The notes under the pieces: model-generated | The model's input: only the letters and a program-made list of their open reading frames with translations | Told to the model about the DNA's origin: nothing | The model's database searches: none | Shown: positions 38,500-48,403 of the stretch, piece by piece | How the letters are laid out: each line of letters begins with the position of its first letter | Position numbering within the stretch: the stretch's first letter is position 1 | NCBI GenBank assembly: GCA_963932905.1 | Contig: CAWVRN010000005.1 | Location: 1-64,000 of the forward strand | Direction: 5' to 3' | Source of the DNA: an uncultured Bdellovibrio sp. | Lineage (GTDB): Bacteria; Bdellovibrionota; Bdellovibrionia; Bdellovibrionales; Bdellovibrionaceae | Length of the DNA stretch: 64,000 bases | Position numbers and translations under genes: made by a program

Positions 38500-40385
38500 T
38501 GGCCACTCTGTTTGATGTTCAAGTTTTTAAGTTTTGGTGCGGACATCGTCGTAAAGTTTGGAACTTCAAATTCAAAAGACTCGCTCGAAGGACCGCGACG
38601 ATTATAATGATCGATAGGAGTAACCTTCACCTGGTAAGAGCCCGGGTTTAGACCCGACATCGCACCAGAATAAGTTAGGTTGCTATTTTTAGAACTTACT
38701 TTTTCTATTTTGTTTGTTACCGGACTATATATTTCGACTTCGTATGATCTAACCACCGATTGATAGTCCCATTGCAAATTCACCACGCCATTTTCAAAAT
38801 AGTATTTATTGGTATTTTGATTGCGTTTGATAACTTGGCTGTTGATCACCGGTGCTTTAGGTAGAGGCATTTCCAATATTTCAATATTTTTGGGGGCCGT
38901 TTTACCTAGGCTCACACCGTTTTTATCAAATGGCTCCACCGTGACCTTGTAGTTACCGGGCTGAATTTGATCACTGACGAATTTTAATTCAGTCATTTCG
39001 CGACTTACTATAGGTTTCAAATCAGCATTTAGTATTTCAAACTTCCATTTTGTGATATCTTCTTTGCGAGTAATTGCGTTCCACGAGATCGTCATCGTTG
39101 GTTTATCGATGTAGAATTGTTTCTCTTTGGTATCCGTCCACGTTAGTGATGGCGGCGGCTTCGGCGGTTCTTTTTTCACCACGCGGAACTTTTGAATTTT
39201 GGTGTAGATAGGTCGATCCATATCTTCGTATTTCGTAGCTACGCGCCAGTAGTAGTCACCCTCGCTGTTAACGGTCAGTGCAAATTCTTGAGCATTGCTT
39301 ACATTTCGACTGTTTATAATAAAGCTATCTGACATAGTAGGGGATTTCGAAACATCTAACATCAAGCTTTTGTAAGCGTTTGGTTTTTGCCACTTCAGAG
39401 GTACACTCAGAGGCACATTATCATAAATCATGACGTCATCGTTTTTAGGTGCCAAAACTAATACCGAGTAACGACTTTGAACACTCAGCTTATATATCGC
39501 AGAATCATAGGTAACTTGTTTTGTAACTGGATTTCGTGACACCAGTTTCCAAACGTAGTTTCCGGGTGTTAGTATTGTATTGATGTTTTCTTTGCCGGCA
39601 GGAACATGGTCTTTTTCTTTCATGTTGTCTTTGTTTTCACCAACCATCAGTACAGTTTCGTCTTTTTTAGGTGTGCCTTTCCAGCGGAAAGACACTGTCG
39701 TGTCTGTCTCTGGATCGATGTAATAGATAAGAGTCGTTTTGTCTGAATCCTTTTTTATACTTGGAGAGATAATTTTTATTTCTTCCTGAACCCGCATGCC
39801 ACCTTTGTTTAAACTGACGGCTTGACCTGACGTTAGGTCTTTTACATTACCTTTTTCATCTCGGATTTGCGATTTACCTTCAAGGACATTAACTTTGATG
39901 TCGCCTTTAGAATTTTTGTCTTTCGAGATCTGTGTTTTAGAACCACTCAGATCAAGTCGTTTGTTTTCGGCAACTAGGACGAGATTCGTAGGTTTTGTAT
40001 CTGCGGTATTTTTAGCATCGATGAATACGCTACCTTCTTTTAGATCCAAAGAGATTTCGTCTTTAGACTTCTGAATTACAAAAGTCGAATTAGGATCTAC
40101 TTTAATAGATCGATTATCTAAGAAGCGAATTTCAATTTCACTGCGCTCGGATGTGCGAACAGTATCGCCATCAAGCAACCAATCTCCTGTTTCAATTGGT
40201 AGCCATTGTAAGCTAGATGAAAATTTTTTGCGTGCGTCATCAGATGTCGAAGTAACTTGGGCTAACTGTTCGGAACCCGCGTTAGTTACGGTTTGGACCA
40301 ATGAGCGTGACCACAGGAATGTTGCTAAGAAGCAACTTCCCGAAAGAAAAAACGCCCAAAATAATCTTCGTAACTGAAACTTCAT
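38496..40385 (-). CDS. FecR-domain protein with C-terminal FN3/Ig-like repeats
   Basis: N-terminal TM; GDWLLDGDTVRTSERSEIEIRF..L.EGSV..VNVLEGK FecR pattern; repeated W...G.Y.W/V modules. Confidence 0.82.
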   Translation of the reverse strand: MKFQLRRLFWAFFLSGSCFLATFLWSRSLVQTVTNAGSEQLAQVTSTSDDARKKFSSSLQWLPIETGDWLLDGDTVRTSERSEIEIRFLDNRSIKVDPNSTFVIQKSKDEISLDLKEGSVFIDAKNTADTKPTNLVLVAENKRLDLSGSKTQISKDKNSKGDIKVNVLEGKSQIRDEKGNVKDLTSGQAVSLNKGGMRVQEEIKIISPSIKKDSDKTTLIYYIDPETDTTVSFRWKGTPKKDETVLMVGENKDNMKEKDHVPAGKENINTILTPGNYVWKLVSRNPVTKQVTYDSAIYKLSVQSRYSVLVLAPKNDDVMIYDNVPLSVPLKWQKPNAYKSLMLDVSKSPTMSDSFIINSRNVSNAQEFALTVNSEGDYYWRVATKYEDMDRPIYTKIQKFRVVKKEPPKPPPSLTWTDTKEKQFYIDKPTMTISWNAITRKEDITKWKFEILNADLKPIVSREMTELKFVSDQIQPGNYKVTVEPFDKNGVSLGKTAPKNIEILEMPLPKAPVINSQVIKRNQNTNKYYFENGVVNLQWDYQSVVRSYEVEIYSPVTNKIEKVSSKNSNLTYSGAMSGLNPGSYQVKVTPIDHYNRRGPSSESFEFEVPNFTTMSAPKLKNLNIKQSGQ

Positions 40386-40545
40386 TTATTTAAGTTCCTG
40401 AATTGTTAATATTTTTCTAAATATCATCTCGGTAAAAAAATTGAGAACATTTAGATCTAGCGACCTCAGTCCAGTGTCTAGTCTAGTCAGCCAGCAACCA
40501 TTTTTTGATTTTACAGACTTTAGGTAAGCGGGTAATCTGCCATTT

Positions 40546-41022
40546 ATGTCCAAGAAGAATTATATAACACCTGAAGGCGCCGAGAAATTGAAAGCCGAAT
40601 ACAACGAGCTTTTTCATGGAGAACGTCCGAAATTGGTCGAGACGGTCGCTTGGGCCGCCAGTAACGGTGATCGATCAGAAAATGCAGATTACCAGTATGG
40701 TAAAAAACGTCTGCGCGAAATTGATCGTCGGTTGAAGTTTTTGATGGATCGATTGGACGCGGTGGAAATCGTTCAAGTTACCGACATCAAGTCAGACAAA
40801 GTCGTTTTCGGAGCTACCGTGACCTATGTTAACGAAGACGAGGAATCGTTTACGTATCAAATCGTTGGGGAAGATGAATTTGATATCAAAAAAAACAAAA
40901 TTTCTTGGAAATCGCCGTTGGCGGCAACATTGTTGGGAAAAAAAAACGGCGACGAAGTTCGTTGGGTAAAACCCAATGGCGAAGAAGATTACCTGACTAT
41001 AGAAAAAGTGGAATATAAATAG
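40546..41022 (+). CDS. greB: Transcription elongation factor GreB
   Basis: NYITPEG, WAASNGDRSENADYQYGKKRLREIDRR and ISWKSPLA. Confidence 0.95.
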   Translation: MSKKNYITPEGAEKLKAEYNELFHGERPKLVETVAWAASNGDRSENADYQYGKKRLREIDRRLKFLMDRLDAVEIVQVTDIKSDKVVFGATVTYVNEDEESFTYQIVGEDEFDIKKNKISWKSPLAATLLGKKNGDEVRWVKPNGEEDYLTIEKVEYK

Positions 41023-41025
41023 GGA

Positions 41026-42003
41026 TCACGGCGCGATTTTCAAGGCTTGATCAAGATAGCCACTATAAAATTCAACGATACCGTAAACAATTTGACCGAT
41101 CACTAACCAGTATACAACGACCGGGAAAATTTTCACCCAGGTTTGAATCGTGCTGTCATTTTCACTTTTAATACGATCAGCATAGCGTTTTAAAAATTCA
41201 GGCAACTTACCAGCTTGTGATCCCAAACTGATGGCGCTTACCAGATCGACTGGAAATATTTTTTCGGTGTTAAACGCTTTTTGTAAATCGGTTCCTGTTT
41301 GAATTTTTGGAATGATTCGTTCGATCGCCCGTTGTATTTTAGGATTGGCCGAACATTGGCCAGATTGTTTTAAAGCTTCGAAAAAATCGATTCCAGAATC
41401 CAGCATAAAACCTAAAGTCGAAGCGAATTTTTCGAAAGCCATTTTTGCATTTAGTTTTTTGAAAAACGGAAGCGAATCCATCGTTTGGTGGAGTGTGCGA
41501 GCTTTTTGCAAATCAAAATAGGATTGAATCCAATAGTTGTATGTTATGACCCCAACAGCAGTTACCAACGCCAGTATGCCTAGACTATTTCTCAAATAAT
41601 GAGCTAATGTAATTTTTTGCGCAAAAAGATCTGGAACACCAGGAAACATCAACGCCGCGGCGAAAGTAAAATATGGTTTTAATAAACTTTGACGAATTTT
41701 TTTTATTGATTCGTAAGTATCTGCGTGTTTTTGAGAAAGATTTTTGAATACGTCGACTATACGTCCAGAATCTTCAGCGGCTTTTACCAGCGGTAAGTCA
41801 TTGATGGGCACACACCGAGCTGTTCGAAAACTTTGATGCAAAGATCTGCCTTTCCTTAGATTCTGACTTACGCTGTATAGAACTTGGCTATCGTTACCTG
41901 ATGATCGTTGTTGTAGGGCTTCGGTCGTTGATGCGACATCAATACCGGCACTATAGAGTTCGGCAAAGTTTTTATAAAATAGGCTCAATTGGGCAAACGA
42001 CAA
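41026..42003 (-). CDS. Type II secretion/type IV pilus platform protein (GspF/PilC family)
   Basis: Two T2SSF repeats (FYKNFAELYSAGI...AAEDSGRI and FASTLGFMLDSGI...GSQAGKL). Confidence 0.85.
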   Translation of the reverse strand: MSFAQLSLFYKNFAELYSAGIDVASTTEALQQRSSGNDSQVLYSVSQNLRKGRSLHQSFRTARCVPINDLPLVKAAEDSGRIVDVFKNLSQKHADTYESIKKIRQSLLKPYFTFAAALMFPGVPDLFAQKITLAHYLRNSLGILALVTAVGVITYNYWIQSYFDLQKARTLHQTMDSLPFFKKLNAKMAFEKFASTLGFMLDSGIDFFEALKQSGQCSANPKIQRAIERIIPKIQTGTDLQKAFNTEKIFPVDLVSAISLGSQAGKLPEFLKRYADRIKSENDSTIQTWVKIFPVVVYWLVIGQIVYGIVEFYSGYLDQALKIAP

Positions 42004-42014
42004 ATCAATCCTCT

Positions 42015-43541
42015 TTAATTTTTAATTCCTTTAAAGTTCTCACAAAACCAAAAGTGAAACGTCCGCGAGTGTTCATCTAAACGATAGTATTTGTATTCCG
42101 TCTCCTGGCATTTATCAAAATTAGCATACTCCAATGGGTTGTCGGGATATTTTTCTGTAGTTAAGATCAGGCTATCCATTCCTATGAGGGATTCTAAGGT
42201 ATTTCGTTTTTTTTGCATGACCGTGTAGTGGCTGACGAATTTATTAAGCATCACGATATTCGGGTCTTTCGTTCCCCAAATTGTTTGTGCGGCTGTTTCA
42301 TAGCGAATGGCGGCTAAGAATGGTTTCTTGCCAGTTTCGGAATGAATTTGGCGCTGACGTTCTAGCATTTTACTGCCGGCATCTTCCCAACCAAAAAATT
42401 CGTTCGATAAATCATTTCGGGTATCCCATGGCTGCGAGCTGATCAAACGATGAAGCTTAGGCATGAACGGATAAATAAATGGTGTGTAGATCACAATGTT
42501 CAGTATAATGAAAACGGCTAGAATCGATGCTAACCATTTACGACTTTGCGGTAGAACCAATTGTCTTCCGAAAAGTTCAAGCCCATTATAGAAAATATAA
42601 CCAGCCACCATCGTCATAAATAGAGTCGCGGGACCTGACCAATGCGGTTTGTATTCAGCAAAGAATGGTTGCGTGTAAAATACTACAAAACTAGGAATGA
42701 ATAAACAGAACAAAAATCTAAAACGCAAATCTTGGAATTTTTTAATGCAATACCCGATGGCACCCAAAATGAGTAAATAGATTGGGGGCGTGTAAAATAA
42801 AAATTGAGTTACAAACCACTGTAGCCAACGTTCAATCGAAAATCCGCCACCGCCGGTATGGCGACTTTGAAATTGATATTTAAAACCTGGCCAATCATAC
42901 TCAATATTCCACAAAAAGATAGGCATACACACAAGTGTAGCGATGAATACACCAATCCACGGCCAAGGTGATAAAAGCATTTTGCGATAGCGCGGGGTCG
43001 ATAATAAAAATACACCAAATCCAAATGCTAACATCGCCATCACGAACTTAGAATTTAATCCAAGACCCATCGTGACACCTAGTATTAGCCAAACAGCTTT
43101 AATAGACCAGCGTCTGTTATCTTCGCGTACGCTTTGCCAAAATACCCAAGTTGAAAAAATCCAAAAGAAAAAGAAAACAGGTTCTGGCGCATTGACGTAA
43201 CCACCGAATCCCCAGAACGGCGTCCACAATAGTAGTTGGCTTACGAAAAAAGCAACTTTGCGATCGAAAATATCTTCTGCTAATTTCCAAGTAAACACTA
43301 TTGTTAGAGTATAGAATACAAATGAAGTTAATCGAATCCCAAGTATCGTGTCGCCAAATAAGCTGGTTGCCAAATAGTTCAACCACGCAATCATTCCTGG
43401 ATGATCATAGTACGACAACATTAAATCTTTAGACCATGACCAGTGGTAGGCTTCATCATCGATCAAATTAACATTCAAAGCAAAAAATAGACGGAATAGA
43501 AATGTAACAGCGAAAATCAAAACATAAGGCATAGATCCCAA
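42015..43541 (-). CDS. GT-C glycosyltransferase (ArnT/PMT_2, GT39/83-like)
   Basis: DDEAYHW, SYYDHPGMIAW, GLGLNSKF; many TM helices. Confidence 0.88.
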   Translation of the reverse strand: MGSMPYVLIFAVTFLFRLFFALNVNLIDDEAYHWSWSKDLMLSYYDHPGMIAWLNYLATSLFGDTILGIRLTSFVFYTLTIVFTWKLAEDIFDRKVAFFVSQLLLWTPFWGFGGYVNAPEPVFFFFWIFSTWVFWQSVREDNRRWSIKAVWLILGVTMGLGLNSKFVMAMLAFGFGVFLLSTPRYRKMLLSPWPWIGVFIATLVCMPIFLWNIEYDWPGFKYQFQSRHTGGGGFSIERWLQWFVTQFLFYTPPIYLLILGAIGYCIKKFQDLRFRFLFCLFIPSFVVFYTQPFFAEYKPHWSGPATLFMTMVAGYIFYNGLELFGRQLVLPQSRKWLASILAVFIILNIVIYTPFIYPFMPKLHRLISSQPWDTRNDLSNEFFGWEDAGSKMLERQRQIHSETGKKPFLAAIRYETAAQTIWGTKDPNIVMLNKFVSHYTVMQKKRNTLESLIGMDSLILTTEKYPDNPLEYANFDKCQETEYKYYRLDEHSRTFHFWFCENFKGIKN

Positions 43542-43583
43542 ACCTACCCCTTCTTTTCAGAGGGGGCAAGAATAGAAATCAGG

Positions 43584-46562
43584 TTAGAAATCGCCTTCAT
43601 ATCGGAAAGGGGAATTGTTCGAACCTGTGGGGGCCTGGGCGGGTACTGCCGGACTTGTGCTATTCGATACCGGCGCTACCAATGACTTCAATCCAAGACC
43701 ATCCGGAGTGATTGTGATGCCTCCAGAGGAAGCATTTGGATCCGGCTGAATAATAGCGGGTGGACCACCGGCCCCTGGGTTGATAACTATCGAATCAGTT
43801 GGGATACCAGAAGTGGCTTTAGGGTCAACGGATGGAATCGATGCATCTGGGGTAATTTTCTCTAACTCTTTGTAGGGATTTTCCGAGTAGTTATTGTGCA
43901 TCAATTCTGTCGATTTAAAGTTCATCGTCAGATAGACCACTAAATTACGGCGGTTGTAATCACGGAACGCGCAAATACGTTTCGAGTGATTTGAACGATA
44001 GTCTGGTAAATCTTCTCGAAACTTTTTGGCAAATGCGACGGATAAGTAATCGTCTGGTTTGATATTTAAGTCGGCTTCAACTTGGTCTGCGTTGAACGGA
44101 GATTTAATTACAGTGTCTTTGCACAAGTTATATAAAGCTCTCCATCGTGGATTCTTATAGTCGTTGAAAGACAGTGCCTGAATACACATACGATTGAACA
44201 CACGATTCGCTGAATGATTTTCATCATCCACGGAATACGCCACATCGTCTCGGATACCCAGCATTGGCAAGTAATGCACAGGGTATTTTTGTTCTTCGAA
44301 TCCGGTCACTGCTTTCAAAGAATTCCATACACCTGCAAAGAATCTGCGGATTGGATTTCTTTGATGCAATGGATTCACTTGCCAGCCATCATTGTAAGAA
44401 CGTTTTATAGAATCAAAAGAAATAGTGGCCGAATCCACGTAAGGTTTCGTGGACGCGAGTTTTAGTTGTTGAAGAATGCCAACCAATGAATCAGTGAATA
44501 ACATTTCTTGAGCGGCTAAGTTTTCCTTGAAAATACGTGTCGCCATATCTAAATCGGCTTCTACGTTCGCTGGATTGTTGCCGGACATTTGAACCAATTG
44601 ATCAAATACCATACGACCTGAAGCGTACGAAATTTCTTTGTACATCGCTTCGGTTTCTGAATTTCTGTCTTTTAAAACATCCTTCACGAACATTTGGAAA
44701 TCGTACGTGACGTAGGTAACCAATCGATTCGCTAAGAAGCCTGATTTGGCAAGCATTACCTCTAATTTATCATATACGTCTTCCATCAACGCGATGTTTT
44801 TTTCTAACAATGCCTGTTTGAATGCGCGTTCTTCGTCCGGAGATGGGTTTTTCAAGAAAAAGTCTTTGTTGTCCTTAACAAATTTTAGCATGTCATTATA
44901 TCGGTAAAATATTTTTCCGATACGAATACGTGTGTCTGCAATGGATGCGATCATCGTGTGATCGTTGGATTGCTTTTCGATCTTTTGTTGCAAGTTGGCT
45001 AAGTAATTATCGATGTTACTTAGTGCGCTTTTGATATTGTAGGGAATACCAATCAAAGATTCATCAATAACGCCAAGTGGATCGGCTACGAAGTTTTTGA
45101 AATAGTAACTTAACATATTGGCTTTACCAGCTTCGAAAACAATCGCTAGTTTTTTCCATACTATATTGGGAACATTGTCTGGCGTCGCAAAGATCGGAAG
45201 GCTGCGATAGTTCAGATTTAACCAAACCAACGGGCTCATATTCGCACCTTTATCTCTAACTTCCTGAGGGATTTCCATTCCAAGTAAGTTAAAATAAATT
45301 TCGTACTCAGAACCTGCATTCTGGAAGAAGTTTTCACCGGTCGGACCACCGGCTTTTAAAATCATATCGCCAATACGAGCTACTAAGTCTCTAGCGTAGT
45401 TTTGTTTTGACGAAAAATCTTTATACGTAGAAATATTTCGTTTTAATTGATTGAACTCGGATTCGATTTCTTTGATTTTCATATAGAACGTATTGGCATT
45501 ACTGAGTACGTTCATTTGGTATTGACCGTCTTCACGCAGTTTTGGACTACTGCCGATTTGAATACGGAAAATCCAATCCGTTACGATCGGTGACAATTGA
45601 GTCAAAACATAGAATCCATTCAAAGGATTATCAAAGTGATAACCAGATTTAATTGGATTATTTTGTGTTTCGCCCTGTTTCGAACGACGAGCCGCTAGCT
45701 CATTCGTCATCTGTTTAAATAGCATGCGGCTATCGCGCGCCGAGCAGTATGATTCCGACGTGGTTTCCATAATACACTGAATAGACGTCATGAATTCTTG
45801 CTGATTTAATTTTTGTAAAATTTTAGAGAATTGTTTGTCGCGCATGTAATTGGCTAACTTTGAAATAGCAATTGCAGTCTGCGAACCCAATTGATCTTGT
45901 CCTGATGAAACCAGCGCACCCAGCATACTGACTGACGATGCGACGACTTGGCCCATAACATTTGTTTGAGTTAAACACTCTGATAGGCGAGGAAACGAAT
46001 CGACTGTCTGGTTAAATAACTGAAAACCACGGCCGACGACTCGTGCCCGGCGATCGCCAAGGCTACTCATCAACTGCTGTTGTTCGTTTGTAGCTAACGC
46101 GTTTGGAATTGCATTGTTTTGATCATTACTGATAGCTTTGATCTGCGCTAATTTAAATAGGCGACCGATGATATGGTTATTGGTAATAGCACTTAATGCC
46201 GGGTTTTCAATGGCCGACGTGCGTAGTGCTTTAACTTCTTGCTCTAGATCACGTGCGTAATTCTGGGCGCCGCCCATAGATTTATCAGTCGTTTCTAGCG
46301 AGCCACGAATTTCGCCGAGTGAACGTTGTAGTGATTCACCTAAAGCTTTACAGCTGGGATCGTCACGTAATTGAGTGGTGATTTCACGCAGGCGCTGCGT
46401 TTGTGTCAGAGCTTCTTGAGTCCAAGAGCCTTGCGATGTACACGGGCCAGAGAAATAATAAGGACGGCTATTTGTCGACGCTGTTGGGTCGCCTAAAATG
46501 CTATCAGGCACTTGGGCCCAGACCATGGTACTAGTAAGAATAAGCAGCAACGTGAACTTCAT
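43584..46562 (-). CDS. Large secreted hypothetical protein with Pro/Ser-rich tail
   Basis: 992-aa ORF, signal peptide (..MVWA-Q), mostly helical, several Cys, low-complexity C-terminus. Confidence 0.8.
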   Translation of the reverse strand: MKFTLLLILTSTMVWAQVPDSILGDPTASTNSRPYYFSGPCTSQGSWTQEALTQTQRLREITTQLRDDPSCKALGESLQRSLGEIRGSLETTDKSMGGAQNYARDLEQEVKALRTSAIENPALSAITNNHIIGRLFKLAQIKAISNDQNNAIPNALATNEQQQLMSSLGDRRARVVGRGFQLFNQTVDSFPRLSECLTQTNVMGQVVASSVSMLGALVSSGQDQLGSQTAIAISKLANYMRDKQFSKILQKLNQQEFMTSIQCIMETTSESYCSARDSRMLFKQMTNELAARRSKQGETQNNPIKSGYHFDNPLNGFYVLTQLSPIVTDWIFRIQIGSSPKLREDGQYQMNVLSNANTFYMKIKEIESEFNQLKRNISTYKDFSSKQNYARDLVARIGDMILKAGGPTGENFFQNAGSEYEIYFNLLGMEIPQEVRDKGANMSPLVWLNLNYRSLPIFATPDNVPNIVWKKLAIVFEAGKANMLSYYFKNFVADPLGVIDESLIGIPYNIKSALSNIDNYLANLQQKIEKQSNDHTMIASIADTRIRIGKIFYRYNDMLKFVKDNKDFFLKNPSPDEERAFKQALLEKNIALMEDVYDKLEVMLAKSGFLANRLVTYVTYDFQMFVKDVLKDRNSETEAMYKEISYASGRMVFDQLVQMSGNNPANVEADLDMATRIFKENLAAQEMLFTDSLVGILQQLKLASTKPYVDSATISFDSIKRSYNDGWQVNPLHQRNPIRRFFAGVWNSLKAVTGFEEQKYPVHYLPMLGIRDDVAYSVDDENHSANRVFNRMCIQALSFNDYKNPRWRALYNLCKDTVIKSPFNADQVEADLNIKPDDYLSVAFAKKFREDLPDYRSNHSKRICAFRDYNRRNLVVYLTMNFKSTELMHNNYSENPYKELEKITPDASIPSVDPKATSGIPTDSIVINPGAGGPPAIIQPDPNASSGGITITPDGLGLKSLVAPVSNSTSPAVPAQAPTGSNNSPFRYEGDF

Positions 46563-46717
46563 AGTAACGGGGGTATCTTCAATCCTTGGACCAACTCATT
46601 TGTAATAAGTAGCCATTTCGTTACTAAGAACTGTTTAAAAATGATACACTTTTAGGTAGGTGGAAACTTTTGATTCACCTTAATGGTCGAGGAGTCGGAT
46701 TGGGTAAACAGCTAAAA

Positions 46718-46951
46718 ATGCGATATTTTAAGTGGTTATTTTTAGCTTCGGTGATTGTGATTTCTGCGTGTGCGGAGAAAGAGAAAGTTTCGAAGGCTCA
46801 TCAGGCTACTTTCATCAATGACAACTTTGGCTTGGACAATGGAATGCCTATTCGCGAGGTTCAGAAGAAAGAGTTTTATTTTAAAAAATGTGAGATGGAA
46901 TCGCGAAGGCCTTTTCCTAATCGAGTCGAGTTCTCTTGCAACGAGAATTAA
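46718..46951 (+). CDS. Small lipoprotein
   Basis: MRYFKWLFLASVIVISAC lipobox; C-terminal Cys pair. Confidence 0.7.
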   Translation: MRYFKWLFLASVIVISACAEKEKVSKAHQATFINDNFGLDNGMPIREVQKKEFYFKKCEMESRRPFPNRVEFSCNEN

Positions 46952-46962
46952 AAAATCCCTCG

Positions 46963-47200
46963 TTTTTCTTTTGATCCACAAACTTCTTTTCTCCGGGCCT
47001 AGGCTAGGGTTAGGCGGGGATCTTCCTTTTACGAGATTCTCTCTTAAAGACATCAAAAAAGCCTCGGCAGTCCTCGCCGTGCGCTTTGCGCCGGCTGTGG
47101 AACTCGTTTTTTTGATGTCTTTAAGAGAGAATCTCGTAAAAGGAAGACCGAGCTTGAATCGGTGGTCCGCAGAAAAGAAGTTTGTGGCTCAAAAGAAAAA
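46963..47200. repeat. Long nested inverted repeat (palindromic element)
   Basis: Inner arms 47021-47060 and 47108-47147 are perfect 40-bp reverse complements; outer arms 46963-46992 and 47171-47200 match 29/30. Confidence 0.9.
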
Positions 47201-47252
47201 TGCACCCAAGCCGCAGCCATTTTTGTTGGGAAAATGACAGATTCATTTTGGT

Positions 47253-47283
47253 AAAAAAAAAGCCGCTTGTTCAGCGGCTTTTT
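47253..47283 (-). terminator. Intrinsic terminator of the tonB-exbB-exbD operon (probably bidirectional)
   Basis: A-tract, AGCCGCT-tgttc-AGCGGCT stem, T-tract. Confidence 0.8.
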
Positions 47284-47301
47284 AAATTCGTAATTTATAA
47301 A

Positions 47302-47709
47302 TTATCGTTTTTGAATGCTGAAAGCGACTTTCTTTAAACCGTTAGATTTAACTGCGTCGATGATTTCAGTTACCATTTCAAGAGTCACAGCTTTGTCGGC
47401 AACTAGAATCGCGTTTGTGTCGGGATTCTGAGCTGAACGTTTTGCTGCTTCTGCACGTAATTGATCTACGTTAACTGCTGTTCCGTCGACAAATAATTCG
47501 CCTTCTTTACCCACAGTGATTTTCATCGGCTTTTTGCTCTTGTCGATATCTGTCGAAGATGACTTCGGTAGCGAGATATCAATCTTTGGTTGCATAACTA
47601 AAGGAGCTGCAACCATGAAGATAATAAGAACAACTAGGATAATATCAACTAGGGGAACAACGTTAATCTCGGTTAAGATTTCTCCGTTTTGATTTCCACC
47701 ACCCGCCAT
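47302..47709 (-). CDS. exbD: ExbD/TolR biopolymer transport protein
   Basis: EINVVPLVDIILVVLIIFMV and ILVADK. Confidence 0.92.
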   Translation of the reverse strand: MAGGGNQNGEILTEINVVPLVDIILVVLIIFMVAAPLVMQPKIDISLPKSSSTDIDKSKKPMKITVGKEGELFVDGTAVNVDQLRAEAAKRSAQNPDTNAILVADKAVTLEMVTEIIDAVKSNGLKKVAFSIQKR

Positions 47710-47712
47710 GGC

Positions 47713-48342
47713 CTATACTCCTTTTTTAGTTTTTGAGTACAACATGCAAAGATCTTTCGATGCATCGATGTTGTTTAGGATTAAAGAAACTTTCTTTTGG
47801 AAAAAGTTGAACGCGATAACGGCTGGGATCGCTAGCGCCAAACCAACCGCAGTTGATACTAGGGCGTGGGCGATACCTGACATGACCACTTCATTACCTT
47901 GACCAGGAGCATTTCCAAGGTCGTTAAATGCTTTCATGATACCCATAACCGTTCCCAAAAGACCGATATAAGGAGCATTGGAAGCGATGGTGCCTAGGAT
48001 ATATAGATTACCTTCTAATTTAGGTTTTTCCATGCTTTTGAACGAGCTGAAAAGCTCATCTAAACCCGCGGGTGAATCATTTTTATGAATATGATTTAAA
48101 CCGTAAACAAGAGCACGGCCTTCAACGGCGTCTTGATATTGAGTCAATGTAGCTACTTTCTCTGGAGATTGCGTTTCAATAACGTCTCTGAATTTTTTCT
48201 CAAGAATTTTGCTGTTAGCACCTAGTTTTCTTAGAGTCAGAAAACGTTCAGCTATGATAGCAAAGCTAACGATACTCAAAAAGCCCATGAAGTAGAGGAT
48301 GAAATTGGCACTTGCTTCCGCGATTTTAAACATTGAATCCAT
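47713..48342 (-). CDS. exbB: ExbB/TolQ/MotA proton channel protein
   Basis: APYIGLLGTVMGIMKAF and GIAHALVSTAVGLALAIPA. Confidence 0.92.
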   Translation of the reverse strand: MDSMFKIAEASANFILYFMGFLSIVSFAIIAERFLTLRKLGANSKILEKKFRDVIETQSPEKVATLTQYQDAVEGRALVYGLNHIHKNDSPAGLDELFSSFKSMEKPKLEGNLYILGTIASNAPYIGLLGTVMGIMKAFNDLGNAPGQGNEVVMSGIAHALVSTAVGLALAIPAVIAFNFFQKKVSLILNNIDASKDLCMLYSKTKKGV

Positions 48343-48403
48343 TTGGTGTTGCTCCTTTTATATTTTTAAATTTTTGATTCTTTATTTTAAATTTAGTTAT
48401 TAA

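Noticed and set aside
46742..47237. ORFs 46742..47056 (-) and 46770..47237 (+) sharing MSLRENLVKGR
   Set aside because: The shared peptide is a by-product of the inverted repeat; no coding evidence.
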